Origin: a virus
Lineage: Duplodnaviria; Caudoviricetes
Length of the DNA stretch: 56,562 bases
Reading direction: 5' to 3' (one strand)
Virus record (IMG/VR): IMGVR_UViG_3300021959_000047
Span: 1-56,562 of that record
Each line of letters opens with the position of its first letter. Position 1 is the first letter of the stretch. The notes under the pieces are model-generated. The model saw nothing but the letters and a program-made list of their open reading frames with translations, was not told the origin of the DNA and made no database searches. Below are positions 45,259-55,009 of this stretch, one piece after another. The position numbers and the translations under genes were made by a program.

Positions 45259-48200
45259 TGGATGACCTATCTTTACAGAACTTCTTTGGTGTGAGTGACA
45301 AGGATGAAGCTTTAGAGGAAATAACTCCAAAGCCTGTTACCATAGAACCTCCTGCTCCCACAGAAGATGATGCACTTAGTAACTTCTTTAATACAAGTAA
45401 AGCTACTGCTGATCCGTTTGTGGACACAGCACCTGATGTACCTGCACCTGTAGAGGTACAGTTTACTGAAGATGAAATGCTTTCCATACAGCTATCCCCT
45501 GAACCAGAAGTCACAAAGAAAACTATCCTTGAGTCTCGTGGAGTAACACCTACAGATGTCCAGACAGAGGACGTAACACGTCTTGAAAAACTCAATGCAG
45601 AGTATATAAACTTTGATGAATACTCTGATGAAGAAATGGCAGAGATAGGCAGTACAGTTGCAGACTTTATGCGTGACGATTTAAAAAAGACACGTGGTTA
45701 TTCTCAACAAGGTTTAATTGATCATGCTATTATCAAAGCAATAGATGGCAAAGCAGGTGGCACACGTGTACTGCTAAAGGCGGGTAACTTATTTGAAACA
45801 ATAACTGCAGGCACAGTAGATCAAATTGAAAATGGTCTAACAGAACTAAATGAAAGTGGCTGGCTTGGTTCCAAAATATATGGAATGATCAACAGTACAG
45901 TCAATCAGTTTGGACGAAAGGCTCTGTCTAAGAATGAAGGGCAGCTTGCAGAAGAGATTGCTGATGCTATTGGTGCAGGCTTTGAGTTCTCTGAAACATT
46001 ACCTGCATATGGACAGATACTTAATGCTGTAGGTCACGCAAACAGTGCTCGTAGGTTTGCTAAAGAAACACGTAAGACAGATAAGATAATTGAACGATAC
46101 AACAAACGCAGTGCTAAACGTGCTGAGTTAGTTAATCGTGAGGCAGCACAAGAAGCCTCATTACGTGCAGCACAAAAGGCTTCAGACAACCCTGCAGTCA
46201 CAGAGGATATGATTCTTACTTTTGAACAGAGACTGTCTGAACAAGCAGGACGTGAGATCAGTATATCTAAAGTCACAAATGGTAAGCTTGAACTTGATCC
46301 TGATAAGATTCGTAGTGTAGGTAATGCCGTTAACACTGAGGTTGCAACTGCTGAACGTAGAGGAGCAACAGATGTAGTCTTAGGCACAGGACGTGTGGAC
46401 TTCAACGAGTTTGCAGAACTGGCTACTGGTGATGAGATCATGATGCCTATACTCAAACCTGAAAAGTTTGATGGTATCGTAGCTGTAGCAACTGACCTAA
46501 AAGAAAAGCACCCAGACTTTTTCAAATCGGATAAACCTGTCATTGACCAATTGGTAGACCTAACTGTGAGTGGTGATCTTGATGGACAAGAGTTAGTAGA
46601 TATGTTAGATAACTACGGCCTGTCATTCGAGGATTACGTACTCAGTGTGGCAGGGTCTGGTAGCACTGCGGGTAGAATCCTTAACAAGTTATCACAGGTT
46701 AAACGTGCACGTCCTTCCTCTGTCAGAGAAGATGCCGCAAGTAAAGCTTTAGTTGAAGCACAAGGTAATATTCGTAAGGGTGTGATGCGAGTAGAGAATG
46801 TTCGTCGTGGTCTACTTGTTTCTCAGTTAGCTACTGCAGCACGTAACGTTCAATCGGGCGTTATCCGTGCACCTATGGAGGGGCTAGGAAACGTAATCGA
46901 CACCGCATTGTGGAAGTTTTCCAATGAGGGCATAGGCAATGGTGTGGGTGCCATGTTTAGTCCCAAGAACTGGAAGGGTAGCTTCAAAGGATTTACATAC
47001 CTGTTCGATGGTAGACCAGATGAGATCAAAGGTTTTGTAAATCTGATACTGGATAGACCAGAACTGTCAGATCAATTTGATCGTATGTTTAATAACCTAA
47101 ACGAGATACAGCAAGCCACAGGACGTGGCACAGGGACTGCCTTTGATAAGGTAATGTCTGGGTTAGAGGACGTGACAGACACACTCAATACTCCTAACCG
47201 TTGGCAAGAATATCTTATTCGTAGGGCCACATTCTTAGGTGAGCTTGAACGACTGACAGAACGTGAGTATGGTATTAACCTAATCGACACACTACAACAG
47301 GGTAAACTGAAGTCTCTGTTGAATGATTCGTCTGATGTAAAACCAGAGGGTGCTCGTAGCTTTATTGATCTAATTGATGACTCAGTTACACAGGCGTTAG
47401 ATATTACATATGCTAAACAGCCTGATGTTCCTGTGTTCAGGAGTACGTCTAACTTTATTGTACGTAACGGCCTAACAACTGTCATGCCTTTCCCTCGTTT
47501 CATGTTCAACTCTATGGAACTGATGGGGCAGTATGCAGGTGGGGCAATGATCCCACTGACACGTAAGATAATAGGCTTAGTGGATAGCACATACGCTGCA
47601 CCGTTAAGTAAAAAGGATAGACAACGTATCAGTCGTAACGCAGTAGGTGTCCTCGGTGGTGGAGGAACATTGTTCGCAGGCATGAGTGCACTAACAGAGG
47701 ACGATGAAGACCCTGAGTCACTACAGCAAAAGATATCCGATGCCTTTATGTCTATAGCTACAGTAGGTGCTGCATATCAGTACCGTATGGGGCATGCTGG
47801 TGAGGTGCCTGCTGACTACAAAGAAGTGTACACAGGTGATGACACGGTAATGGATACGTCACCACAGTTTCCATTGCGACAGTACCTGTACTTAGGTGAG
47901 GCAACCAAACGTTTGAATGAAGGAACATTCGGTGATTGGTTTAAAGCTCGTGAGTTTGTGGAGACATTTGCAGGTACAAACTTCCGTACTGGTACAGGTA
48001 ATGCTATCTTAGATGAGGTTGCACAACTTGCTTCAGGCACAGACTTAACTACAGGTGAACGTGTAGGTGAGGCAGCAGGGGATGCATTGGGCAATTACCT
48101 TGGTACATGGATGGTCCCTCTTGCGCAGGTGATTGAAGCACAACGTGCAACTGGTGAACGTGGACTTGAATACCGTGACGTAAGACAAGACCCTACGCTT

Positions 48201-48875
48201 GATGGTTGGGAAAGCTTTACTCAGTCTGTAGCTCGTGGGCCAAGACAACGTGGCATCACAATGACTGCTGAAGAAGAGGCAGATATGCCACTACGTGAGT
48301 TCATGTTTAACCCAGAGCCTACTCGTGTTAACCCACTGTCTCGTGTTCTGTTGGGTATGAGTCAAAGGAATGCCGATCCAGAATATGCGGAGTACTTAAA
48401 GAACCTAGGCTTCAATGAATACGATTTCCGTGTGTCTGATGTACCATCTGTTCAACGATTTGAAGTAGACTTCTTACAAAAAGAATTGCCTCTCATTGTT
48501 GAGTCTGCACAAGGGTACGAAGAACGATTACGTGAGCAGTATAAAAATAAAAGTGATGAGTACAAACGTAAAGTGTCTGAGGATAAACATGTCAACACAT
48601 ACGTTAAACCATTTATAAAGAGCCTGTATACTGAATCTAAAAATTCAATTACTGAGGTGGCAAAGAACACTGCCAATCTTTACATACGAGAAATGCTTAC
48701 CTACCGTAGGGTACCCAAGGATTACAGAAAGATTGCAACTGTGAAGTTCCTTGAACGGAATGGCAGGATGCCTTTGGAAATTGACACAGAGGGCATGACA
48801 GATGAACAAGTCATACGTGCCAAAGGTAAGGACTTAGCAGAGTTAATAGTGATAGCAGAGACATTTAGAGAATAA
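45258..48875 (+). CDS. Large internal virion/ejection protein, 1205 aa
   Basis: Last gene of the arm; PFPRF..N motif; size. Confidence 0.65.
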   Translation: MDDLSLQNFFGVSDKDEALEEITPKPVTIEPPAPTEDDALSNFFNTSKATADPFVDTAPDVPAPVEVQFTEDEMLSIQLSPEPEVTKKTILESRGVTPTDVQTEDVTRLEKLNAEYINFDEYSDEEMAEIGSTVADFMRDDLKKTRGYSQQGLIDHAIIKAIDGKAGGTRVLLKAGNLFETITAGTVDQIENGLTELNESGWLGSKIYGMINSTVNQFGRKALSKNEGQLAEEIADAIGAGFEFSETLPAYGQILNAVGHANSARRFAKETRKTDKIIERYNKRSAKRAELVNREAAQEASLRAAQKASDNPAVTEDMILTFEQRLSEQAGREISISKVTNGKLELDPDKIRSVGNAVNTEVATAERRGATDVVLGTGRVDFNEFAELATGDEIMMPILKPEKFDGIVAVATDLKEKHPDFFKSDKPVIDQLVDLTVSGDLDGQELVDMLDNYGLSFEDYVLSVAGSGSTAGRILNKLSQVKRARPSSVREDAASKALVEAQGNIRKGVMRVENVRRGLLVSQLATAARNVQSGVIRAPMEGLGNVIDTALWKFSNEGIGNGVGAMFSPKNWKGSFKGFTYLFDGRPDEIKGFVNLILDRPELSDQFDRMFNNLNEIQQATGRGTGTAFDKVMSGLEDVTDTLNTPNRWQEYLIRRATFLGELERLTEREYGINLIDTLQQGKLKSLLNDSSDVKPEGARSFIDLIDDSVTQALDITYAKQPDVPVFRSTSNFIVRNGLTTVMPFPRFMFNSMELMGQYAGGAMIPLTRKIIGLVDSTYAAPLSKKDRQRISRNAVGVLGGGGTLFAGMSALTEDDEDPESLQQKISDAFMSIATVGAAYQYRMGHAGEVPADYKEVYTGDDTVMDTSPQFPLRQYLYLGEATKRLNEGTFGDWFKAREFVETFAGTNFRTGTGNAILDEVAQLASGTDLTTGERVGEAAGDALGNYLGTWMVPLAQVIEAQRATGERGLEYRDVRQDPTLDGWESFTQSVARGPRQRGITMTAEEEADMPLREFMFNPEPTRVNPLSRVLLGMSQRNADPEYAEYLKNLGFNEYDFRVSDVPSVQRFEVDFLQKELPLIVESAQGYEERLREQYKNKSDEYKRKVSEDKHVNTYVKPFIKSLYTESKNSITEVAKNTANLYIREMLTYRRVPKDYRKIATVKFLERNGRMPLEIDTEGMTDEQVIRAKGKDLAELIVIAETFRE

Positions 48876-48877
48876 AC

Positions 48878-48907
48878 AAAGGGGGCCATTACAGCCCCCT
48901 CTTTTTT
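48878..48907. terminator. Bidirectional intrinsic terminator
   Basis: AAA-GGGGGC-N7-GCCCCC-TCTTTTTT between the convergent arms. Confidence 0.85.
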
Positions 48908-49272
48908 CACCGCTTGTCACCACTCCCTGAGATGACACCCCTTACCTTTCGGTCATGCAGCTTTCGCAAGTTACCTTTTGCTAACTCTGCCATGTCTACA
49001 TTTAGATCACGACACAGTGCAGCAATGTACCAGAGACAGTCTCCTACTTCATCTGCAATTGCTTCACGATCAAACTTCCCATCACGTAAAATCTTTTTAA
49101 CTTTATTGGCAACCTCACCTGCCTCTGCTGCCAACCCTAGTGCAGGGTAGATTACCTGATGTTCTGATTTGTAGATCGCAGTTTCTGATGCCATGTCTTG
49201 ATATGACCTGAAGTTTATATTCCCATATTTGCTTTCCATAAATGCTCTAGCCTCGTCCTGTAGCTTGTTCAT
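48907..49272 (-). CDS. mazG: MazG-like nucleotide pyrophosphohydrolase
   Basis: YPALGLA.EAGEVANKVKK, EVGDCLWY, N..KL..R..RG.I.GSGD.R. Confidence 0.88.
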   Translation of the reverse strand: MNKLQDEARAFMESKYGNINFRSYQDMASETAIYKSEHQVIYPALGLAAEAGEVANKVKKILRDGKFDREAIADEVGDCLWYIAALCRDLNVDMAELAKGNLRKLHDRKVRGVISGSGDKR

Positions 49273-49471
49273 ACTCCTTCACCCGTTTTAACTGCTCAAA
49301 GTAGGCTTGATTAAACCCACGTTCCCATTCCCTGTATTGCATTGTATCTTTGTGGAATGGGTTAACGACGACTCCACGTCGAAAATCTTTGTAACCTTTC
49401 TCGTGTTGAAATTTTAACGGTGCATCATATTTGCCAAGGCCACGTTGTTTGCGAGTTAGTTGTTTGTTCAT
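49247..49471 (-). CDS. Small protein, Rmf-like pattern
   Basis: EKGY.DF..G...NPF......REW.RGF. Confidence 0.55.
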   Translation of the reverse strand: MNKQLTRKQRGLGKYDAPLKFQHEKGYKDFRRGVVVNPFHKDTMQYREWERGFNQAYFEQLKRVKEYEQATGRG

Positions 49472-49482
49472 ATGCAATCTCC

Positions 49483-49929
49483 TTATGCTACGTTGATTAA
49501 TTCTGCTTCGGTGTATGGTATATGGTAGAACAGTTCACCCTTCAGGATGTTACGTCCATGTGCCTCACGTAGACGTTCCTCTGTCAGGCTTGTATCCTTG
49601 ATACGCCAAGCTTGCTTCATATCTTTACGGAAGATGTAGAAGTTAAGTACCCCATTCTCCCCCTCATATTTTGCAAGTAGTCTACCTTTACGTTCGGGAA
49701 TACGTATGTCCTTCCAGTGTGTGGGCCATTCCTCTTTCCATGCCAACTTAACTTCTGCTTCATTGAAGTAAGTATAATCGTTTTTCTTTGATACAATGTC
49801 TACATTGTAGTCCTCTTCTGCACTTTCAATTTCATGCCCCGCACTCTTGAGATACTCCATGAGTTTGTTTTTTGCAGGAGCATCATATGCATCGTACAGT
49901 GCACGGCTAAATTGTTTTCGTGTTCCCAT
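49483..49929 (-). CDS. Putative PD-(D/E)XK nuclease-fold protein
   Basis: VDI...EAEVK motif. Confidence 0.55.
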   Translation of the reverse strand: MGTRKQFSRALYDAYDAPAKNKLMEYLKSAGHEIESAEEDYNVDIVSKKNDYTYFNEAEVKLAWKEEWPTHWKDIRIPERKGRLLAKYEGENGVLNFYIFRKDMKQAWRIKDTSLTEERLREAHGRNILKGELFYHIPYTEAELINVA

Positions 49930-50110
49930 TATCTTTCCTCCATATTAGTTCAAATAAAAGTTTACGTTGTTCGTACTCTGACATTATACACCATTCACGT
50001 ATCTCGTCAATAGTCCTTTTGCACCCCACGCAAAAGCCATCATCGTCTATGCGACAGACCTTTACGCAGGGTGACTGAACAGTACCTAAGCTCTTACGAT
50101 TTCTACTCAC
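49907..50110 (-). CDS. DUF1289 putative Fe-S protein
   Basis: SPCVKVCRID...CVGCKRTIDEI.EW; GTG start assumed. Confidence 0.8.
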   Translation of the reverse strand: MSRNRKSLGTVQSPCVKVCRIDDDGFCVGCKRTIDEIREWCIMSEYEQRKLLFELIWRKDNGNTKTI

Positions 50111-51848
50111 ACTGACGTAGGCCAGTTGATGGATCGTAGTAGCAAGCACCACCTTCTTCTACGTAGTCTTGTGTTTCCTCGACTACTGGTTCTTCTGCAA
50201 CATCCTCAGAGTTGGATGCATTTAGAATGCCGTAACGTTTACCTGCAGCACGGAAGGTTGTACACCCCGATGCACCACCATCATATGCATCCATGTACAC
50301 TTTCTTAAACTCTTCCCATGTTACATCGTCACCTGTGTTACATGTCTTTGAGCATGCGGAGTCAACGTAACGGGAGGCAACGTTCAATACTTTAACGTGA
50401 TCAAACACAGACAGTTCATCTGCAGTCTTACCCTTAACACCAAACACACGATAGCCGTAGTCTTCTACTCGTTCAACCTTGGGTCCATCGAAGGTTTGGA
50501 TAGTTCTGTCGTAGTAATGTGAGAAGACAGGCTCGATTCCAGAGGATACGTTATCGGCTGACAAGCTGATAGTTCCTGTTGGCGCAACTGATAGAAGGTG
50601 ACTGTTACGAATGCCATGCTTGCTAATGAGATCACGAATATTATCAGGCAAAGACTTAGCAAAATCAGAACCAAGGTATGCCTGACTAAAGAGAGGAAAC
50701 GGACCTTTCTCAAGTGCAAGCTCAACTGACGTAGTATATGCCACATCTCTAATTACTCCCATGATTTCTTCAAGAGTCTGTAGAAACCGAGCACTACCAT
50801 ACTCAAATCCTAACGCCTCAATAGCATTGGCTACACCTGTAACACCAAGACCCATACGGCGTTTACTCTTGGCCTCTGTCTCTTGCTCTAACAGTGGGTA
50901 GGTTGCACGATCTACAACGTTATCCATAGCACGTACCACATGAGGTATGTCGTTACGTAGTTGGTTCATGTTGAAGACATTCTTACCGTCATGATCAAGT
51001 ACATACTTAGCTAAGTTGAATGAACCCAGCAAGCATGCTCCGTTTGGTGGTAGTGGTTGCTCACCACAAGGGTTAGTTGCTGCAATCTTTTCACAGTACT
51101 GTAGGTTATTCTTCTTATTAATACGATCAATAAATAGAATCCCAGGCTCTGCCCAATCCCATGTGCTTCGTAATATCTGATCCCACAGGGCACGAGCATT
51201 CACAGTTTTATATACACGTCCATCGAACTTTAAATCAAAGTCTTTGTCTTCCTTTACTGCAGTCATGAACTCGTCCGTCACACCCACAGAGATGTTGAAC
51301 TGTGTCAATGTATCACTGTTGTTTTTAGCTGTAATAAACTCTTCAATGTCTGGGTGGTCAACACGTAGCACCCCCATCTGTGCCCCACGACGATGCCCTG
51401 CAGATGCAATAGTCTTACACACGGCATCAAAGATACCCATGAATGACACGGGACCAGACGACTTACTGTCCAGTGACTTGATCAGTGTACCACGTGGACG
51501 TAGTGTACTGAAGTCATAGCCAATGCCACCGCCAAGGCGCATTGTCTCTGCCGCACGACGAGCAGCTTCCATGATACCGTCCATGCTATCTTCAATTGTC
51601 ATTGATACAAAGCAGTTGTATGGTGTTACACGACGAGGTGCACCCATTGCTGATTGTACTCGTCCTGCAGGAAGAAATCGTTGTTCGTACAAAATTGTAC
51701 GGAAGTTATTAAAATGTCCTTCGTTATCTTTTAGTGCTTCAGCCACACGTGTCATTGCCTCACGAAAGGTTTCTCCGTGGCTGCGGTATTTCATTGCGTG
51801 AATCTCCTCTGAGATTCCAAGTGTTGGTCCATAAGTTTCCATAAGCAT
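50103..51848 (-). CDS. nrdJ: Class II (B12-dependent) ribonucleotide reductase
   Basis: NCFV, GGGIG, RRGAQM, TNPCGEQ, APTGTIS; C-terminal Cys pair; no beta-subunit gene seen. Confidence 0.88.
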   Translation of the reverse strand: MLMETYGPTLGISEEIHAMKYRSHGETFREAMTRVAEALKDNEGHFNNFRTILYEQRFLPAGRVQSAMGAPRRVTPYNCFVSMTIEDSMDGIMEAARRAAETMRLGGGIGYDFSTLRPRGTLIKSLDSKSSGPVSFMGIFDAVCKTIASAGHRRGAQMGVLRVDHPDIEEFITAKNNSDTLTQFNISVGVTDEFMTAVKEDKDFDLKFDGRVYKTVNARALWDQILRSTWDWAEPGILFIDRINKKNNLQYCEKIAATNPCGEQPLPPNGACLLGSFNLAKYVLDHDGKNVFNMNQLRNDIPHVVRAMDNVVDRATYPLLEQETEAKSKRRMGLGVTGVANAIEALGFEYGSARFLQTLEEIMGVIRDVAYTTSVELALEKGPFPLFSQAYLGSDFAKSLPDNIRDLISKHGIRNSHLLSVAPTGTISLSADNVSSGIEPVFSHYYDRTIQTFDGPKVERVEDYGYRVFGVKGKTADELSVFDHVKVLNVASRYVDSACSKTCNTGDDVTWEEFKKVYMDAYDGGASGCTTFRAAGKRYGILNASNSEDVAEEPVVEETQDYVEEGGACYYDPSTGLRQCE

Positions 51849-52006
51849 TACTCCGTTATTATTTTTATTGCTTTGATTGACATACCGTCTATGTCATAAA
51901 TAAATTCCTGTAGACTTTGTTCGATTTCTTCATCAACTTCTCCGTCTACAGGAACTGGATATTCCTCTTCATCTATGTTCAGGGTTAAGAATACTTTAAC
52001 TATCAT
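51848..52006 (-). CDS. Small acidic protein, 52 aa (MIVKVFLTLNIDEEEYPVP...)
   Basis: Manual translation; fills the gap and is coupled to the nrdJ start. Confidence 0.7.
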   Translation of the reverse strand: MIVKVFLTLNIDEEEYPVPVDGEVDEEIEQSLQEFIYDIDGMSIKAIKIITE

Positions 52007-52211
52007 CTACTTCCTCAATAAGTTTGGTCAAATACCACTGTGCCTTCTTCAAGTCCTCTGCTCCATTCTTATATCGGTATCGCCATAGATACTTCATTAT
52101 ATTACCTTGAAGATAGTGTTCGTACCCATCACCAGTGGCAGCACGAATGGCATCAATGCATTCAATACCTGCTTGATTATAATGTGGTGGGTTGTTTACA
52201 TTGTCTACCAT
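51996..52211 (-). CDS. DUF3310 protein (T7 gp1.7 nucleotide kinase-like domain)
   Basis: VNNPPHY..IECIDAI..GNIMKYLWR...KNG.EDL.KA.WYL. Confidence 0.85.
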   Translation of the reverse strand: MVDNVNNPPHYNQAGIECIDAIRAATGDGYEHYLQGNIMKYLWRYRYKNGAEDLKKAQWYLTKLIEEVDDS

Positions 52212-52223
52212 TCGTTCTCCTTT

Positions 52224-52544
52224 CTAAAAGTTTACTTTAACTACGTTACCGTCACGTTCTTCAACCAACGGTTTGTTCATATCCAATTCATCTGCGTCAA
52301 TCTGATCAACTAACTTGAACAGTTTACGTCTTACGTCATGATCCTGCTCCATTAAAGGTATAGCAGCAATCAACATGTCCGTCAACACTTTCAGATGTGC
52401 AAAGTCGTCTGCTTTCATTGTGTTATCATCTGTGGTCAGCATACCAACAGAAAGTTCTCCTGTCCAATCTCCTTTGTCATCCACATCTGGCGAGATACGG
52501 ATAACGAAATCGTTAGGGTTAAAGTTTATTAGTGAATTTAACAT
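52224..52544 (-). CDS. Hypothetical protein, 106 aa
   Basis: RBS; operon packing. Confidence 0.7.
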   Translation of the reverse strand: MLNSLINFNPNDFVIRISPDVDDKGDWTGELSVGMLTTDDNTMKADDFAHLKVLTDMLIAAIPLMEQDHDVRRKLFKLVDQIDADELDMNKPLVEERDGNVVKVNF

Positions 52545-52545
52545 A

Positions 52546-52998
52546 TTAGCTCCTCTTTATTTTATCGTAAGGAAACTCTATCAGGTCTGGATGTGTGTCT
52601 TTACCTTTCTCTTTCAACCATTCCTCTGGAATAACCCTATCTGCATACAAGAATTTATTTCTCTCACACCATGTAGCATATGTACTCTTTGCTCCCTTAC
52701 TTAACTTACGTCTACTGTTTTCAAACACAAACCGTATGTCTAAGTTTGGGTGTTGCTTCTTTATTGCTACGTGTTTACGTCTATCATCTGATGTGAATCT
52801 CCCTTTCACCTCAATGATGATACCGTTCTGCAATATAAAGTCAGGAGTATAGGTGCGGTACATCAAGTCTTCCCATTCGATCTTAATGGCTTCGTACTTG
52901 AACTTGACTTTCTTCTCCTTCAAGTAGTCTTTGACTTTGATTTCTAACCCACTCCTATACCCATGCTTCATAGCAGCCATGAACTGCTTACCGTTCAT
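52546..52998 (-). CDS. T7 endonuclease I-like Holliday junction resolvase
   Basis: YRSGLE, YTPDF, IEVKG, DRRKH, DIRFVF, IPEEW. Confidence 0.92.
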   Translation of the reverse strand: MNGKQFMAAMKHGYRSGLEIKVKDYLKEKKVKFKYEAIKIEWEDLMYRTYTPDFILQNGIIIEVKGRFTSDDRRKHVAIKKQHPNLDIRFVFENSRRKLSKGAKSTYATWCERNKFLYADRVIPEEWLKEKGKDTHPDLIEFPYDKIKRS

Positions 52999-53204
52999 TA
53001 GATAAACGGATGCCAGTTTAAACGGCGTACTCCTAATGCCTTCAGTTCTTCACTCAGTAACTGATCGGCTTCCTTACGTGCTTTCATTGCTTTACGGACA
53101 CCCGCAAATCGTGCTTCACGTAATTCTTGTTTCATTGCCTCAAGGTTTTCTTCCATTGCCACAATTTCATTTTGTAAGTCTTCTATTTCTGCATCACCTA
53201 ACAT
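52998..53204 (-). CDS. Small coiled-coil protein
   Basis: Coupled ORF. Confidence 0.65.
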   Translation of the reverse strand: MLGDAEIEDLQNEIVAMEENLEAMKQELREARFAGVRKAMKARKEADQLLSEELKALGVRRLNWHPFI

Positions 53205-53206
53205 AA

Positions 53207-54058
53207 TTAATCCTCTATGTATGCCACCGTCTTGGGGTCTTTTGCTTTCGATACCCGTGATGGTTCTTCAACCATGTTGGGCCAACACTCGTATCTGTAA
53301 TCACAGAAACGACAGTTATCATTTAGTACCTTGTTCCCTGTGGGTTTGCCACGGAAGAACTCTGGCACTGGGCTGAAGCAACGTTTGAACTCATTCTTGT
53401 TTACTGCTTCAACCGTGTCCTTGATTTTATCAAGTTCTTTATTAAGGTCAAGACCATCGGCTGGTACATATTTAAACTCACCATTACCTTTGTTCACGAC
53501 CCACCATCCACCTACACGTTTGCCAGATGCTTTGGCATAACCTGCAAGCTGTCCTACGTATCCGAACCCGTCACCCTTGGCTAGTGTAGCAAAGGAATCA
53601 AACTTGTTCTGGTACGACCAAGGGGATGCCGACTTCACGTCATCAACGGCACCGTCTATGACAAGATCATAAGAGCCAGAAACCCTAGTATCATTAGTAT
53701 CTCCCACTTCAAGGCTAACTTTATCAGTGTCTTCAAACTCCACGTTAGCAGCTTTAAGCAGCCCTTTAAAAACAGCCTCAACAATATCTCCTATCATCAT
53801 GTTCATTACAAATGTCGTCGGCTTTGGTAATGCACTCTCAGGTTTATTCTTTTGAAACCAGAGTTGGCAAGTAGGACGCCCAATGTTGGACATCCTTAGT
53901 GTGAAAGCATCACGAGACTTGCCACTACCGAACTGACGAAGTACTGCATCAGCAACCTCTGTGCCAATATCCTTAGCCTGTTCATAAGTGAACGTGCTCT
54001 TTCCATTGGCAGCATCAGTCATAAACTGGTGCAGCTTTAGTTCAGCAGGATGGTTCAT
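53207..54058 (-). CDS. Cas4-like PD-(D/E)XK exonuclease
   Basis: RMSNIGRPTC, GSYD, DDVKS, Y..QL..Y, C.FC.Y..EC Fe-S-type cysteines. Confidence 0.8.
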   Translation of the reverse strand: MNHPAELKLHQFMTDAANGKSTFTYEQAKDIGTEVADAVLRQFGSGKSRDAFTLRMSNIGRPTCQLWFQKNKPESALPKPTTFVMNMMIGDIVEAVFKGLLKAANVEFEDTDKVSLEVGDTNDTRVSGSYDLVIDGAVDDVKSASPWSYQNKFDSFATLAKGDGFGYVGQLAGYAKASGKRVGGWWVVNKGNGEFKYVPADGLDLNKELDKIKDTVEAVNKNEFKRCFSPVPEFFRGKPTGNKVLNDNCRFCDYRYECWPNMVEEPSRVSKAKDPKTVAYIED

Positions 54059-54948
54059 TACACGAAATCCTCTTCGTCAATGTCTACGAATGACTCAACA
54101 GTATCTGTGTCTGTGTCATCATTCTTATATGCATTGTCATTCCAAGCACCCTTGATGTACTCGTTATAATTCTCAACCCATGCAAGGAAGTTTGCGAATG
54201 TCTCTTGCTCTGAGTCTGCCACGTCAAGTGTCTCGTTCAGATCAAGTGCCAAGGTTGGCAGGTAAAACGAATTGCCATTTGGCAATGAACGTTCTTCAGT
54301 TGCAGCTTTGATGTTATGCTGCACTGGCAAACGCCGCATCTTACCCAGCTTGTTGAACAGGGTTCCTGCAGTCTTGAATGCATCACGGTTCTCAATCTCC
54401 CAGATGAATGCCTGTGGCTCTAAGTCAACTGGGTTACCCTGTGCATCTGTAACATCATGCAGTTCTACTGTACCGAACATGACACGGACACGTTTGATCT
54501 GACGAATTAACTCTTGTGTTTTCTCAGGCAATGCTTTGAAGTCTTCAATGTAACCTGCAGGCTTACCACAGTTGAAGCCTCCGTCATTGTCCTTCATGTC
54601 ACTGTTCAGATCATTAGCCATCAAGGTTTTGACATAACGATTTGGTGTTGTGTCACTACCCTTGATGAAACGTTTGTACATAAATCGTTGTAGGTAAGGA
54701 CGAATAGTCGCAGTAGGTGCATAGTAGGTTGGCCCATCTGGGATTTCCAACTTGTATGTACCGCCAGATACAACTTCCATCTTTACCTTTTTGCCATTCA
54801 CTGTTTCCTCACCCATGATGGCTGAGTGATTAATGCGCAGCCGTGCAAGTGTGCTTGACTGTGACTTCTGAGTATTGTCAACGGACATGCCCATTGCCTC
54901 TGCCATTGCATTGAAGTTACCAGTGTTAATTGTTGCTACTTGATTCAT
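54058..54948 (-). CDS. Putative single-stranded DNA-binding protein
   Basis: Between polymerase and exonuclease; acidic C-tail ending DEEDFV. Confidence 0.6.
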   Translation of the reverse strand: MNQVATINTGNFNAMAEAMGMSVDNTQKSQSSTLARLRINHSAIMGEETVNGKKVKMEVVSGGTYKLEIPDGPTYYAPTATIRPYLQRFMYKRFIKGSDTTPNRYVKTLMANDLNSDMKDNDGGFNCGKPAGYIEDFKALPEKTQELIRQIKRVRVMFGTVELHDVTDAQGNPVDLEPQAFIWEIENRDAFKTAGTLFNKLGKMRRLPVQHNIKAATEERSLPNGNSFYLPTLALDLNETLDVADSEQETFANFLAWVENYNEYIKGAWNDNAYKNDDTDTDTVESFVDIDEEDFV

Positions 54949-54979
54949 ATAAAATCTCCTTTTCTGTTTGCGAGTTCTT

Positions 54980-55009
54980 AGTTATATCACGACACATCTT
55001 TTGTGTCAA
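54980..55009 (-). promoter_or_regulatory. Promoter for the SSB operon
   Basis: TTGACA-N17-TATAACT on the minus strand, overlapping the polymerase stop. Confidence 0.65.

Noticed and set aside
53878-53891. Palindrome variant GCCCAATGTTGGAC
   Set aside because: Two mismatches, and explained by the RMSNIGRP protein motif
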